This document shows positions 19,200 through 28,018 of a stretch of 64,000 bases of DNA, piece after piece. The position numbers and the translations under genes are program-made. Numbering within the stretch: position 1 is the first letter of the stretch; every line of letters starts with the position of its first letter. Source of the DNA: Alphaproteobacteria bacterium (GTDB lineage Bacteria > Pseudomonadota > Alphaproteobacteria > Micavibrionales > Micavibrionaceae); NCBI GenBank assembly GCA_035911135.1, contig JAMHWD010000042.1, positions 7,609-71,608 of the forward strand, in the 5' to 3' direction. The notes under the pieces are model-generated. The model made no database searches, had not been told where the DNA came from, and worked only from the letters and a program-made list of their open reading frames with translations.

Positions 19200-19595
19200 A
19201 TGAATATGAAATGGGAAGATAAAGGCTTGAAAGCACCGCTGGCGCGGGCCAACGGGCTTGGCGCGGCGCATCACGGCTCGCATCACTGGATGCATCAACG
19301 CGTTACGGCAATCGCCAATATCCCGCTGATGATCTGGTTCGTTTATAGTGTTGTGCATCTTAAAGGCGCTTCGCATTATGAGGTCTCCGCCTGGCTGGCC
19401 GAGCCTGTGAACGCCATTTTGATGATTCTCTCGGTGATCTCGGTTTTCTATCATGCGGCGCTCGGCTCGCAGGTCATCGCCGAGGATTACATCCATCATG
19501 AAGGTCTGAAACTGATCAAGCTGATCGCCATGAAACTCACATTATTCGCGCTGGCTGTGGCCTGCATTTTCTCCGTCCTGAAGGTGGCACTCTAA
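19200..19595 (+). CDS. sdhD: Succinate dehydrogenase hydrophobic membrane anchor subunit
   Basis: It has the SdhD pattern HHW..QRVTA..N.PL and three TM helices. Its position immediately 5' of sdhA fits. Confidence 0.85.
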   Translation: MNMKWEDKGLKAPLARANGLGAAHHGSHHWMHQRVTAIANIPLMIWFVYSVVHLKGASHYEVSAWLAEPVNAILMILSVISVFYHAALGSQVIAEDYIHHEGLKLIKLIAMKLTLFALAVACIFSVLKVAL

Positions 19596-19596
19596 A

Positions 19597-21393
19597 ATGA
19601 CGACAAGCACTTACCAAATTATTGATCATGAATATGACGTCGTTGTTGTTGGCGCAGGCGGGGCGGGTTTGCGTGCCGGTTTTGGCTGCGCGGAGAAGGG
19701 ACTTAAAACGGCGCTGATCTCAAAAGTATTCCCGACACGCTCTCACACCGTTGCGGCGCAAGGGGGGATTTCCGCGGCGCTTGGGAATATGGGCGAGGAT
19801 GACTGGCGCTTTCATATGTATGACACGGTCAAGGGTTCTGACTGGCTGGGAGATCAGGATGCGATTGAATATATGTGCCGCGAGGCGATCCCGGCGATTA
19901 TCGAGCTGGAACATTACGGCGTGCCGTTCTCTCGCACGGCGGCTGGCAAGATTTATCAGCGTGCCTTTGGCGGGATGACGACCCATTACGGCAAGGGCAC
20001 GGCCCAGCGCACTTGCGCCGCCGCCGACCGGACGGGTCATGCGATTTTGCACACGCTTTATACGCAAGCCTTGAAACATAACGCCGAGTTTTTCATCGAA
20101 TATTTCGCGCTTGATCTTATCATGTCCGAAGACGGGCAATGTCTTGGTGTGATGGCGTGGAATCTGGATGATGGCACGATCCACCGCTTCCGCGCGCACC
20201 AGACTATTCTGGCCACGGGCGGTTACGGGCGCGCTTATTTCTCCTGTACTTCGGCCCATACCTGCACAGGTGATGGCAATGCCATGGCGCTGCGCGCCGG
20301 GCTGCCATTGCAAGACATGGAATTCACGCAATTCCACCCGACCGGAATTTTTGGTGCAGGCTGTTTGATTACGGAAGGCGTGCGCGGCGAGGGTGGTTAT
20401 CTCACCAATTCCGAAGGCGAACGCTTCATGGAACGTTATGCGCCATCGGCCAAGGATCTGGCGAGCCGCGATGTGGTTTCGCGTTCCATGACCATTGAAA
20501 TCCGTGAAGGGCGCGGCGTTGGCTCCGGTAAGGATCATATTCATTTGAACCTGATGCATCTGGATGCGGATATCATTCATTCGCGCCTGCCGGGCATTGC
20601 CGAGAGCGCCAAGATTTTTGCCGGCGTTGATGTGACAAAGGAACCAATTCCTGTTTTGCCTACTGTCCATTACAACATGGGCGGCGTGCAGACGAATTAC
20701 CGCTGCGAAGTCATTAATCCGTCCGCAAAAGACCCTAACCGCATCGTCCCCGGATTGATGGCGATCGGCGAGGCGGCCTGCGTATCCGTCCACGGCGCGA
20801 ATCGTCTGGGGTCGAACTCCCTGCTGGATTTGGTGGTCTTTGGACGGGCAGCGGCGATCCGCGCGGCAGAAACGGTCGAGGCCGGTTCCAAACACCGCCC
20901 GGCTGGCAATGATAACGGCGCCAAGGCGCTGGCGCGTCTTGATCATATCCGTCATAAGACAGGCGGCACGCGTGTTTCAGATCTGCGTCTTGATATGCAA
21001 AAAACCATGCAAAATCACGCCGCCGTGTTCCGCACCGGGGATTCCTTGAATGAAGGCGTGAAAAAGATTGATAAATGCTATGGTGGCAAGGGCGATATTT
21101 TCGTCAGCGACAAAACGATGATCTTCAATACCGATCTCGTCGAAGCGCTGGAGCTGGATAATTTGATGGGCCAGGCGGTTGTTTCCATGCATTCCGCCGC
21201 CAATCGCCAGGAATCACGCGGCGCGCATGCCCGTGAAGACTTTCCGGACCGTGATGATGCGAACTGGATGAAGCACACCGTGACATGGATTGATGAAAAT
21301 ACGGGCAAGACGACAATCGACTATCGCCCGGTTATTCTGCACACGCTCACCAATGAGGTGGAACCCGTTCCGCCCAAGGCACGCGTTTACTAG
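19597..21393 (+). CDS. sdhA: Succinate dehydrogenase flavoprotein subunit
   Basis: It has the FAD motif [13 protein letters not shown], the covalent-FAD His region SHTVAAQGG, and the HPTG and RGEGG motifs. The length is 598 aa. Confidence 0.97.
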   Translation: MTTSTYQIIDHEYDVVVVGAGGAGLRAGFGCAEKGLKTALISKVFPTRSHTVAAQGGISAALGNMGEDDWRFHMYDTVKGSDWLGDQDAIEYMCREAIPAIIELEHYGVPFSRTAAGKIYQRAFGGMTTHYGKGTAQRTCAAADRTGHAILHTLYTQALKHNAEFFIEYFALDLIMSEDGQCLGVMAWNLDDGTIHRFRAHQTILATGGYGRAYFSCTSAHTCTGDGNAMALRAGLPLQDMEFTQFHPTGIFGAGCLITEGVRGEGGYLTNSEGERFMERYAPSAKDLASRDVVSRSMTIEIREGRGVGSGKDHIHLNLMHLDADIIHSRLPGIAESAKIFAGVDVTKEPIPVLPTVHYNMGGVQTNYRCEVINPSAKDPNRIVPGLMAIGEAACVSVHGANRLGSNSLLDLVVFGRAAAIRAAETVEAGSKHRPAGNDNGAKALARLDHIRHKTGGTRVSDLRLDMQKTMQNHAAVFRTGDSLNEGVKKIDKCYGGKGDIFVSDKTMIFNTDLVEALELDNLMGQAVVSMHSAANRQESRGAHAREDFPDRDDANWMKHTVTWIDENTGKTTIDYRPVILHTLTNEVEPVPPKARVY

Positions 21394-21410
21394 GAAAAAG
21401 AAATACCAAT

Positions 21411-22586
21411 ATGACTGAATTCATTATCCTGACCGCCGCGATGATGTCCATCGTGGCCATTACCATTGATGCCATGCTGCCGGCTTTGGGGATCATGGGG
21501 CATGAGCTTAATGTCGATTACCCCAATCAGGTTCAGCTGGTGATTACCTTTATCTTCATGGGCATGGCGGCGGGGCAGCTGGTCTGCGGGCCGTTATCCG
21601 ATGCCATGGGGCGCAAGAAGGTGCTTTATGGCGGCTTGGCGGTTTATGCGCTGGGAAGTTTTATATGCTTTCAGGCGCCTAACATTGAAATCATGCTGCT
21701 GGGCCGCCTCGTGCAGGGGCTTGGCGTGGCGGGTCCTTATGTCACGGCGGTGGCTGTGGTGCGCGATAAATTCTCCGGCCGCGACATGGCGCAAATCATG
21801 TCCCTTGTCATGATGATCTTTATCTTTGTCCCGGCTATCGCGCCGGCATTGGGGCAGGGAATATTATATATTGCGTCCTGGCGGATGATATTCTTGATGT
21901 ATATAGGGTTGGCGGCTTTGCTGGCACTTTGGATTACGCTGCGCCTTGAAGAAACCTTGCCCCCGGATAAGCGCATCCGCTTTTCACTGCTGAGCTTTGC
22001 CTATGGCTTCCGCGAGGTCTTCTCCAACCGCGTGACGGTGCATTACATGTTTTGCATGGGGATCGGTTTTGGCAGTTTTATCGGCTATTTGAACTCTTCC
22101 CAGCAAATCTTTCAGGAACAATTCCATACCGGCGAGGCCTTCGTTCTTTATTTCGGCGGGCTGGCGCTGGTGCTGGGCGTGGCCTCGCTGGTCAATTCCC
22201 GCATCGTGCAGCGCCTTGGCATGCAGCTGATCTGCATGCGTGCCACTATGGGCATTATCGCGGCATCGGCCATCTTTATGGTGATTAATCTGACCATGGA
22301 TGTCACGCTTTGGATGTTTGTAATTTACGCGGCCATCCTGTTCTTTAATTTCGGCCTGATGTTCGGGAATCTGAATTCAATCGCCATGGAGCCAATGGGC
22401 CATGTGGCGGGGATTGCCTCGGCGGTGATCGGCGCGACCTCATCGGCCATGTCACTGACCATCGGCACGACCATCGGCCAGATGTATGATCATACATTGA
22501 TCCCCATCGTGGCCGGGTTTCTAAGTCTGAATATTATCTCGCTGCTGCTGATGCTGCGCGCGGGCAGACATGCCAAACCGGCCTAG
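21411..22586 (+). CDS. MFS transporter (Bcr/CflA-type drug-efflux-like)
   Basis: It is a 12-TM-type protein with the MFS motif GPLSDAMGRKKVL. It starts 17 nt after the sdhA stop. Confidence 0.85.
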   Translation: MTEFIILTAAMMSIVAITIDAMLPALGIMGHELNVDYPNQVQLVITFIFMGMAAGQLVCGPLSDAMGRKKVLYGGLAVYALGSFICFQAPNIEIMLLGRLVQGLGVAGPYVTAVAVVRDKFSGRDMAQIMSLVMMIFIFVPAIAPALGQGILYIASWRMIFLMYIGLAALLALWITLRLEETLPPDKRIRFSLLSFAYGFREVFSNRVTVHYMFCMGIGFGSFIGYLNSSQQIFQEQFHTGEAFVLYFGGLALVLGVASLVNSRIVQRLGMQLICMRATMGIIAASAIFMVINLTMDVTLWMFVIYAAILFFNFGLMFGNLNSIAMEPMGHVAGIASAVIGATSSAMSLTIGTTIGQMYDHTLIPIVAGFLSLNIISLLLMLRAGRHAKPA

Positions 22587-23413
22587 GCCGGGCCATCATC
22601 ATTCTTGAGCGCAGCATCGGTGTTAATAACCGCTGCAGGCTGCGGTGTGGTTCTGGCTGTCCAGTCCTGACGCAATGTTACGATGCCTTTGGCCAGTGCG
22701 ACGTGCCCGGCACTGGCAAATGTTTCAGCCGTTTCATCAAATGCCGCCACAATATGCGGGCGCAGATCAGGATCGGCAGGGCTGGCATCTGCTTCATGGG
22801 CGCTTAGTTTTTCGCAGGTCTGAATAATATCGGCCAGCATCGGGCTCTCATCCCCCCAAAGCTTAAAGCCGCGGGCCGAGGATTTCGCAGCATCCGGTGT
22901 TCCAGCGGCAATGCGGTCCCAGCTTGCGGCGGCATCAATCGCACGCTGCGCCATCAGGGCGCCTTGTTTCAGTTCACCAAAATTCGGTATGTTCTTCGCA
23001 TGTAAATCCATATGGATCATGCCGATGGGCGGGACGGCGATCGCTTTGCCGGCATTGACATTGCCGCGTGTTGCTTGTGCATTCGCAACGGCTTGCTGCC
23101 CGGATTTGATATCTGCGCCGGTAATGCCAAGACCATCCAGCAACGCGCCGCGTGCGGCATCATCCATTTTTGCCAGTTTGCCAAAATCAATATCGCCTTT
23201 GAATTCACCAACGGCCAGCTTGGCATCCGCGGGCGCAATGCGGCCATCTTCAACGGCATCACGCAGCGCGATCATCTGTGCCTGCACTTCGCCGCTTTTT
23301 GCGGTTTGCTCAGGGCTAAGAATGCCTTGCGATTCCAGCATCAACCCCAACGGCTTGGAAAAATCTCCCCTGATCTGGTCGGGTGTCTTGGCGGCGGCTT
23401 GTGCGAATTGCAT
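22583..23413 (-). CDS. Hypothetical protein (276 aa)
   Basis: This is a clean ATG-initiated ORF, divergent from an AT-rich promoter region. It has no recognisable motif and no signal peptide. Confidence 0.5.
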   Translation of the reverse strand: MQFAQAAAKTPDQIRGDFSKPLGLMLESQGILSPEQTAKSGEVQAQMIALRDAVEDGRIAPADAKLAVGEFKGDIDFGKLAKMDDAARGALLDGLGITGADIKSGQQAVANAQATRGNVNAGKAIAVPPIGMIHMDLHAKNIPNFGELKQGALMAQRAIDAAASWDRIAAGTPDAAKSSARGFKLWGDESPMLADIIQTCEKLSAHEADASPADPDLRPHIVAAFDETAETFASAGHVALAKGIVTLRQDWTARTTPQPAAVINTDAALKNDDGPA

Positions 23414-23499
23414 GCTATAAACTCCATAAAATATAGGATTTTCAATAATAATGGTCTTTTATAAATATTTTCTTACCATAAGGCAAATTTAATTTATTT

Positions 23500-23529
23500 T
23501 TGACATAAGACTGGTGAATTTGCTATATT
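23500..23529 (+). promoter_or_regulatory. Putative sigma70 promoter (TTGACA-18-TATATT)
   Basis: A consensus -35 lies at 23500-23505 and TATATT at 23524-23529. It sits in the AT-rich divergent region upstream of the ATG at 23575. Confidence 0.4.
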
Positions 23530-23574
23530 CCCAGCGCTTTAAAACGAAAAAAGAACAGGGATTTTTAAACGTTC

Positions 23575-24024
23575 ATGTCCTTATCACGCAGAGGATTTTT
23601 TCAAGGGGCCGCCGCCGCGGGCGGGGCTCTTGCCACGGGCGGCACCGGCGCGCTTGCCGGCGGCGCGACGCGGACCGGTATCGTTATGGCGGGCGCTGGC
23701 GCATTTGGGATGGCCGCGACTATGGCTGAAAAGGTAGCGCTTGCGCAGAAAATACTGGGCACCAAGCGGGGCGGATATCCCTTTCATGGGATTGAGGGGC
23801 TGTATAATCAAATATTTCATCGCCCAATTTTGGTTGTACCAAGATTGATCCCCCCCATGCCGCTCGGCTGGGGGATATTCTCATGGGGCGGGGTGATTTT
23901 TTTCGTCATCAATATTCCCAATCTTATCCCCATGATGCTGGAAAAATTGATTTTTCGGCTGAAAAGCGATTGCTGGAGCGATTGGCCGGGCTGCCGGATG
24001 AAATACCGCTGGATGTATTGTTAA
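23575..24024 (+). CDS. ORF with a twin-arginine (Tat) signal; possibly the 5' part of a frameshifted gene continuing in 23883-24818
   Basis: The N-terminus is MSLSRRGFFQGAAAAGGALA (an SRRxFLK-like Tat motif). The 3' 140 nt overlaps the next ORF in another frame. C7 (23850-23856) and T7 (23897-23903) runs lie at the junction. Confidence 0.35.
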   Translation: MSLSRRGFFQGAAAAGGALATGGTGALAGGATRTGIVMAGAGAFGMAATMAEKVALAQKILGTKRGGYPFHGIEGLYNQIFHRPILVVPRLIPPMPLGWGIFSWGGVIFFVINIPNLIPMMLEKLIFRLKSDCWSDWPGCRMKYRWMYC

Positions 24025-24818
24025 GTGACGAGCTATATGAGTCCGTGGAAAAGGGGGCGTTTGATAATGATGCGGCATCTGTCGAGCAGCGTCAGCATCT
24101 CAGGGATTTTCTGCAGTCCGCCATGGGCGGGGAAGCAACGATCCAGGGATTGAAAAGCCGGCTGGAAAGCCATTTCGTGCGGCTTGCAAAACACGCTCTT
24201 TCTCACCCTGAAGAATTTTTTAGCCGGGGTTATATGCGTAATGGCGGACAGGATGTTCATGATGTGATTGTGACGAGCGACACTCAGCAGATTATTGATG
24301 TTATCAGAAAAATATCAGGTCAGGAGCATGAAAAGCTGGTGGCTGATCTTGATGTGGCTATTGTGGATTATGTTCGGGGTGCTGGAAAGCAGGAGCACTT
24401 CACCCGTATCACGGAAAACAATATTAAATTTGAGGCTAGTCGAGAAAAACACAAGCGCAATGAGATTGAAAATCTGGAAGAAAGACGACTAAATCCGTTT
24501 TTGAGAAGCAAGCGCCGGGTTGATTTGCGTGCAATCGGCCAAAACCGCTTTGTCGTGCAGATGGAAAAGGGGCGGCAACAGGCTGATCTTTTGCGTATTG
24601 ACTGGTATCACTGGGTGGGATCGCTCGATCCGGAGAATAAAAAAATATGCGATATCGGTCTTGATGAAACCGGTCAGATTCTGACTGTTAAAAATCCGCT
24701 TGTGCTGGAGTTTTTGAATGCGGCACTTGCCAAGGTGTGCGGCAATGTTGTGACCGTCGCCCTGCCTAACCTTCGTGAGGGGCTGGATTTGAATTTCGAG
24801 ATGCCGGATATGGCATAA
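23883..24818 (+). CDS. Hypothetical protein (311 aa), AT-rich orphan; its frame is open upstream to 23808
   Basis: This is a long ORF with ordinary protein-like composition. It is visibly more AT-rich than the flanking sdh genes, and I recognise no motif. Confidence 0.5.
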   Translation: MGRGDFFRHQYSQSYPHDAGKIDFSAEKRLLERLAGLPDEIPLDVLLSDELYESVEKGAFDNDAASVEQRQHLRDFLQSAMGGEATIQGLKSRLESHFVRLAKHALSHPEEFFSRGYMRNGGQDVHDVIVTSDTQQIIDVIRKISGQEHEKLVADLDVAIVDYVRGAGKQEHFTRITENNIKFEASREKHKRNEIENLEERRLNPFLRSKRRVDLRAIGQNRFVVQMEKGRQQADLLRIDWYHWVGSLDPENKKICDIGLDETGQILTVKNPLVLEFLNAALAKVCGNVVTVALPNLREGLDLNFEMPDMA

Positions 24819-25036
24819 TCTGCCCTTGCGGGTTTTTTCAATCCTAAGGGGCGTAGCCTCTTCTCAAAATCGGAACTCGGTGATATCTTGAGGGCTTAGA
24901 TGTTGTTTTGTTTGGCTTATTTTCCTTATGTGTGAAAAAACGAACTGAACAAAATGGCCTCTAAGCCCTTGATACTATTGAGGGCAGGCTAAAAAATATA
25001 CAAAACGCAATAACGAACTGAACAAGAATTTATCCG

Positions 25037-25846
25037 ATGGCCCAGTTTAATCTCCCCGCAAATTCCAAAATCCGCTCCGGCAAGACGATTGATGCGGCCA
25101 AGGGCGCGGCCAAGGCCCGCACTTTCAAGGTCTATCGCTGGGACCCGGAGGACCGCGATGATAAGGGCGCGCCGAAAAATCCGCGTACTGACAATTATGT
25201 GATTGATACCTCCAAACACGGGCCGATGGTGCTCGATGCCCTGATCTATATCAAGAACGAGGTGGATAGCTCCCTGACCTTCCGCCGCTCCTGCCGGGAG
25301 GGGATTTGCGGGTCCTGCGCGATGAATATTGACGGCAAGAATACGCTGGCCTGTACCAAGCCGATCGAGGATTGCAAGGGCGATGTGAAGATTTATCCGC
25401 TTCCTCATATGCCGGTGGTGAAGGATCTGGTGCCGGATTTAAAACATGTCTATGCGCAGTATCAGACGATCCAGCCATGGCTCAAGGCCGAGAGCCCCGC
25501 GCCGGGGCGCGAGCGTCTGCAATCGGCGGAGGATGCCGAAATCCTGAACGGCGCGGATGGCAAGGGGCCTGCGGGTTGTATCTTGTGTTTTTGCTGCTCG
25601 ACATCCTGCCCGTCCTACTGGTGGAATGCTGACCGCTTTCTGGGGCCGGCGATTTTGCTGCAGGCCTATCGCTGGATCGCGGATTCGCGTGATGAGGCCA
25701 CGGGCGAGCGCCTTGATGCGCTGGAGGATCCTTTCCGTCTCTATCGCTGTCACACGATCATGAATTGCACCAATACCTGCCCCAAGGGTCTCAACCCGGC
25801 CAAGGCGATTGCCGAGATCAAGAAGCTGATGGTCGCGCGCGCCTAA
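25037..25846 (+). CDS. sdhB: Succinate dehydrogenase iron-sulfur subunit
   Basis: It has the 2Fe-2S ([13 protein letters not shown]), 4Fe-4S ([12 protein letters not shown]) and 3Fe-4S ([13 protein letters not shown]) cysteine clusters. Confidence 0.95.
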   Translation: MAQFNLPANSKIRSGKTIDAAKGAAKARTFKVYRWDPEDRDDKGAPKNPRTDNYVIDTSKHGPMVLDALIYIKNEVDSSLTFRRSCREGICGSCAMNIDGKNTLACTKPIEDCKGDVKIYPLPHMPVVKDLVPDLKHVYAQYQTIQPWLKAESPAPGRERLQSAEDAEILNGADGKGPAGCILCFCCSTSCPSYWWNADRFLGPAILLQAYRWIADSRDEATGERLDALEDPFRLYRCHTIMNCTNTCPKGLNPAKAIAEIKKLMVARA

Positions 25847-26400
25847 TAGTTTCTGAAATTGATGCTGGTCTTGCAGTTGGCGTTATACATCTGAATGATA
25901 TCCTCATCCGAGAGCATGATAATCTGCGTGCATTCGGATTCGCCCTCGACCGGGACGGGCTGGCCTTCGATGGTCATGATGCCGGTTTCGCTGCCTCTGG
26001 TTTTGGCGGTGGCCTTGCGTCCGTCGCTGGATATCTGAACGGATTCAACATCGATGCTGGTTTCATACTCCCCCAGTGATTGGGAACCGCTCTCAAGGCT
26101 GTCGATAAACTCCGCGCGGGTGAGGGTAACCGCCTTTTCCTGTGATGGCTGTTCGGGGATGTGGAATGTTATATTGCTTTTGAAACGCGCCTGCGGATGC
26201 AGATGCGTCTCGAAAAAGGCGGCGATGTCTTCCGGTGCGGCATCCAGTCCGCGCGAGGTCATGCGCGTGCTTTCCTCGATGAAGGCGGCGATGTTCTCTT
26301 CGGTCAGCTGATCTGTGCTGTGCTGGGCGGCGGCGGCATGGGGCATGGATGTGACAGCCAGCCCAAAGGCCAGAGCAAAGCATAGTCTCGATATACGCAT
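25843..26400 (-). CDS. Exported hypothetical protein (185 aa)
   Basis: It has a signal peptide ([25 protein letters not shown]). No domain is recognised. It is convergent with sdhB with a 4-nt overlap. Confidence 0.55.
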   Translation of the reverse strand: MRISRLCFALAFGLAVTSMPHAAAAQHSTDQLTEENIAAFIEESTRMTSRGLDAAPEDIAAFFETHLHPQARFKSNITFHIPEQPSQEKAVTLTRAEFIDSLESGSQSLGEYETSIDVESVQISSDGRKATAKTRGSETGIMTIEGQPVPVEGESECTQIIMLSDEDIIQMYNANCKTSINFRNY

Positions 26401-26477
26401 GGATGCGGCGCTGCCCCTGTTGCTATTCTTTTATTTCCCCAATTGTCCATTATGAGGTGAAAAGGCTAAACACTTTC

Positions 26478-26777
26478 CTAATATGACGCTTCAATAATGT
26501 TTCGGAGCGCATTTTCATCAAGGCCCTGAATTTCAATGATTTTATTACGATCCGTAGCGCCGCGTATGAGGAAGATCGCGGATTTGGGGGTTTTCAGTTT
26601 TTTGGATAAAAGCACAATCAGCGCCTCATTCGCCTTGCCGTTTTCAGGAACAGCGGTAACCGAGCATTTGAGAATATCGCCGCCGCTTACATCCTTCGCC
26701 CAGCCCTGAATGGCTTCGCGCGCGGCTTTTGGCGTGAGACGAATGGCAATCCGGCAGGATGGCATTTCTGGTGGCAT
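26478..26777 (-). CDS. DUF167/YggU (UPF0235) family protein
   Basis: It has the V.A.PE.GKAN.AL...L...L......I.I..G...R.K pattern. Its ATG overlaps the nadC stop (TAATG). Confidence 0.75.
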   Translation of the reverse strand: MPPEMPSCRIAIRLTPKAAREAIQGWAKDVSGGDILKCSVTAVPENGKANEALIVLLSKKLKTPKSAIFLIRGATDRNKIIEIQGLDENALRNIIEASY

Positions 26778-27622
26778 TATTCGATATCAAGGCCGATATC
26801 AAGGGCCGGAGCGCTGTGGGTCAACGCGCCGACGGAGATATAATTCACGCCTGTTTCGGCGATGGCGCGGACAGTTTGCAGATTCACGCCGCCCGAAGCC
26901 TCGGCGATCATGCGCCCGTCAATCAGATCCACGGCTTTTTTGAGCGTCTTCACATCCATATTATCCAGCAGCACCGCATGGGCCTTGCCGTTTTCAAGAA
27001 CGGCCTTGAGCTGATCCAGCGTATCGACCTCGATCTCGATTTTGAGCATATGCCCAGCCAGCATATAGGCCTGATCGAGGGCCTGATCAATGCCGCCCGC
27101 AATGGCGATATGATTGTCCTTGATCAGGACCGCATCATCGAGGCCAAAGCGGTGATTGGCCCCACCGCCAACGGATACGGCGTATTTCTGGAACAGGCGA
27201 ATGCCGGGGATGGTCTTGCGCGTATCGCAGATTTCCGCGCCCGTGCCATCAATTGTTTCAACATACTGGCGTGTCAGCGTGGCAATGCCGCTTAAGTGGG
27301 TGAGGAAATTGAGCGCAGTGCGCTCCGCCGTTAATAGCGCGCGCGCAGGCCCGGCGAGGGAGGCGATAATCTGCCCCTCATCCAGCGCATCACCATCCTG
27401 CGCCTCCACCGTCATATCGAAATCAATATCGGTGAGTGAAAAGGCCGAAAGCGCCAGCATTAACCCCGCCAGAACACCCGGTTTGCGGGCGCGCAGAATT
27501 CCGGTCGCCGTTTCTCCCGCCGGGATCAGCAGATCGGTCGTGACATCGCGGCCATGGCCAAGGTCTTCTTCCAGCGTGGCGCGGACAATTTTTTCGATAT
27601 GAAGATTGGAGAGTGTGAGCAT
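26777..27622 (-). CDS. nadC: Nicotinate-nucleotide pyrophosphorylase (carboxylating)
   Basis: It has the QPRTase motifs (ERTALNFL, DTRKT.PG.R, KDNH) and a length of 281 aa. Confidence 0.92.
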   Translation of the reverse strand: MLTLSNLHIEKIVRATLEEDLGHGRDVTTDLLIPAGETATGILRARKPGVLAGLMLALSAFSLTDIDFDMTVEAQDGDALDEGQIIASLAGPARALLTAERTALNFLTHLSGIATLTRQYVETIDGTGAEICDTRKTIPGIRLFQKYAVSVGGGANHRFGLDDAVLIKDNHIAIAGGIDQALDQAYMLAGHMLKIEIEVDTLDQLKAVLENGKAHAVLLDNMDVKTLKKAVDLIDGRMIAEASGGVNLQTVRAIAETGVNYISVGALTHSAPALDIGLDIE

Positions 27623-27655
27623 GGTGATTTTTCTATGTGTGATTTATGATGACGC

Positions 27656-28007
27656 TGCATCCTGACGAAAGTCAGGATCTAAAAAAGGGTATCATACAAA
27701 TCTATCCATTCCGGATTCATTTTTTCAACCAGATCAATTTTCCAGTTTCTTTTCCAGTTTTTAAGTTTTCTTTCACGCTCGGCTGCGGCCCATTTATCTG
27801 TATGGTGCTCATAGTAAACAAGATTGGTCAGATTGTATTTTGAGCTAAACCCTTCAATGGTTTTATTTTTATGCTGATAAATGCGTTTTCGCAAATCATG
27901 GGTAATGCCTGTGTATAAAACCCCATGCTTTTTGTTTGTGATAATGTAGATGTAGTGGTCTTCATACATTTGTGATCACTACAGATCCTGACTTTCGTCA
28001 GGATGCA
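27656..28007 (-). mobile_element. Putative mini mobile element: a GIY-YIG ORF bracketed by perfect 25-nt inverted hairpin repeats
   Basis: TGCATCCTGACGAAAGTCAGGATCT at 27656-27680 is the exact reverse complement of 27983-28007. The interior is AT-rich and the unit is inserted between nadA and nadC. Confidence 0.5.
27679..27969 (-). CDS. GIY-YIG (URI-domain) nuclease family protein, 96 aa
   Basis: It has YIYIITNKKHGVLYTGITHDLRKRIYQH (the GIY...YIG/YTG motifs) followed by ...ERERKLKNW (the conserved Arg/Glu region). Confidence 0.85.
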   Translation of the reverse strand: MYEDHYIYIITNKKHGVLYTGITHDLRKRIYQHKNKTIEGFSSKYNLTNLVYYEHHTDKWAAAERERKLKNWKRNWKIDLVEKMNPEWIDLYDTLF

Positions 28008-28018
28008 TAATCGTTGGC

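Noticed and set aside
24819-24842. A possible intrinsic terminator (GCCC-ttgc-GGGT followed by TTTTTT) after the 311-aa orphan.
   Set aside because: The stem is only 3-4 bp including a G-U pair. This is too weak to call, although the T-run is suggestive.
27650-27655. ATGACG immediately outside the left hairpin of the GIY-YIG cassette, as evidence that it belongs to the CGTCAT...ATGACG repeat family.
   Set aside because: The orientation relative to the hairpin is the opposite of the canonical elements, and the right flank has no counterpart. A 6-mer match is too weak, so it is kept only as a remark.
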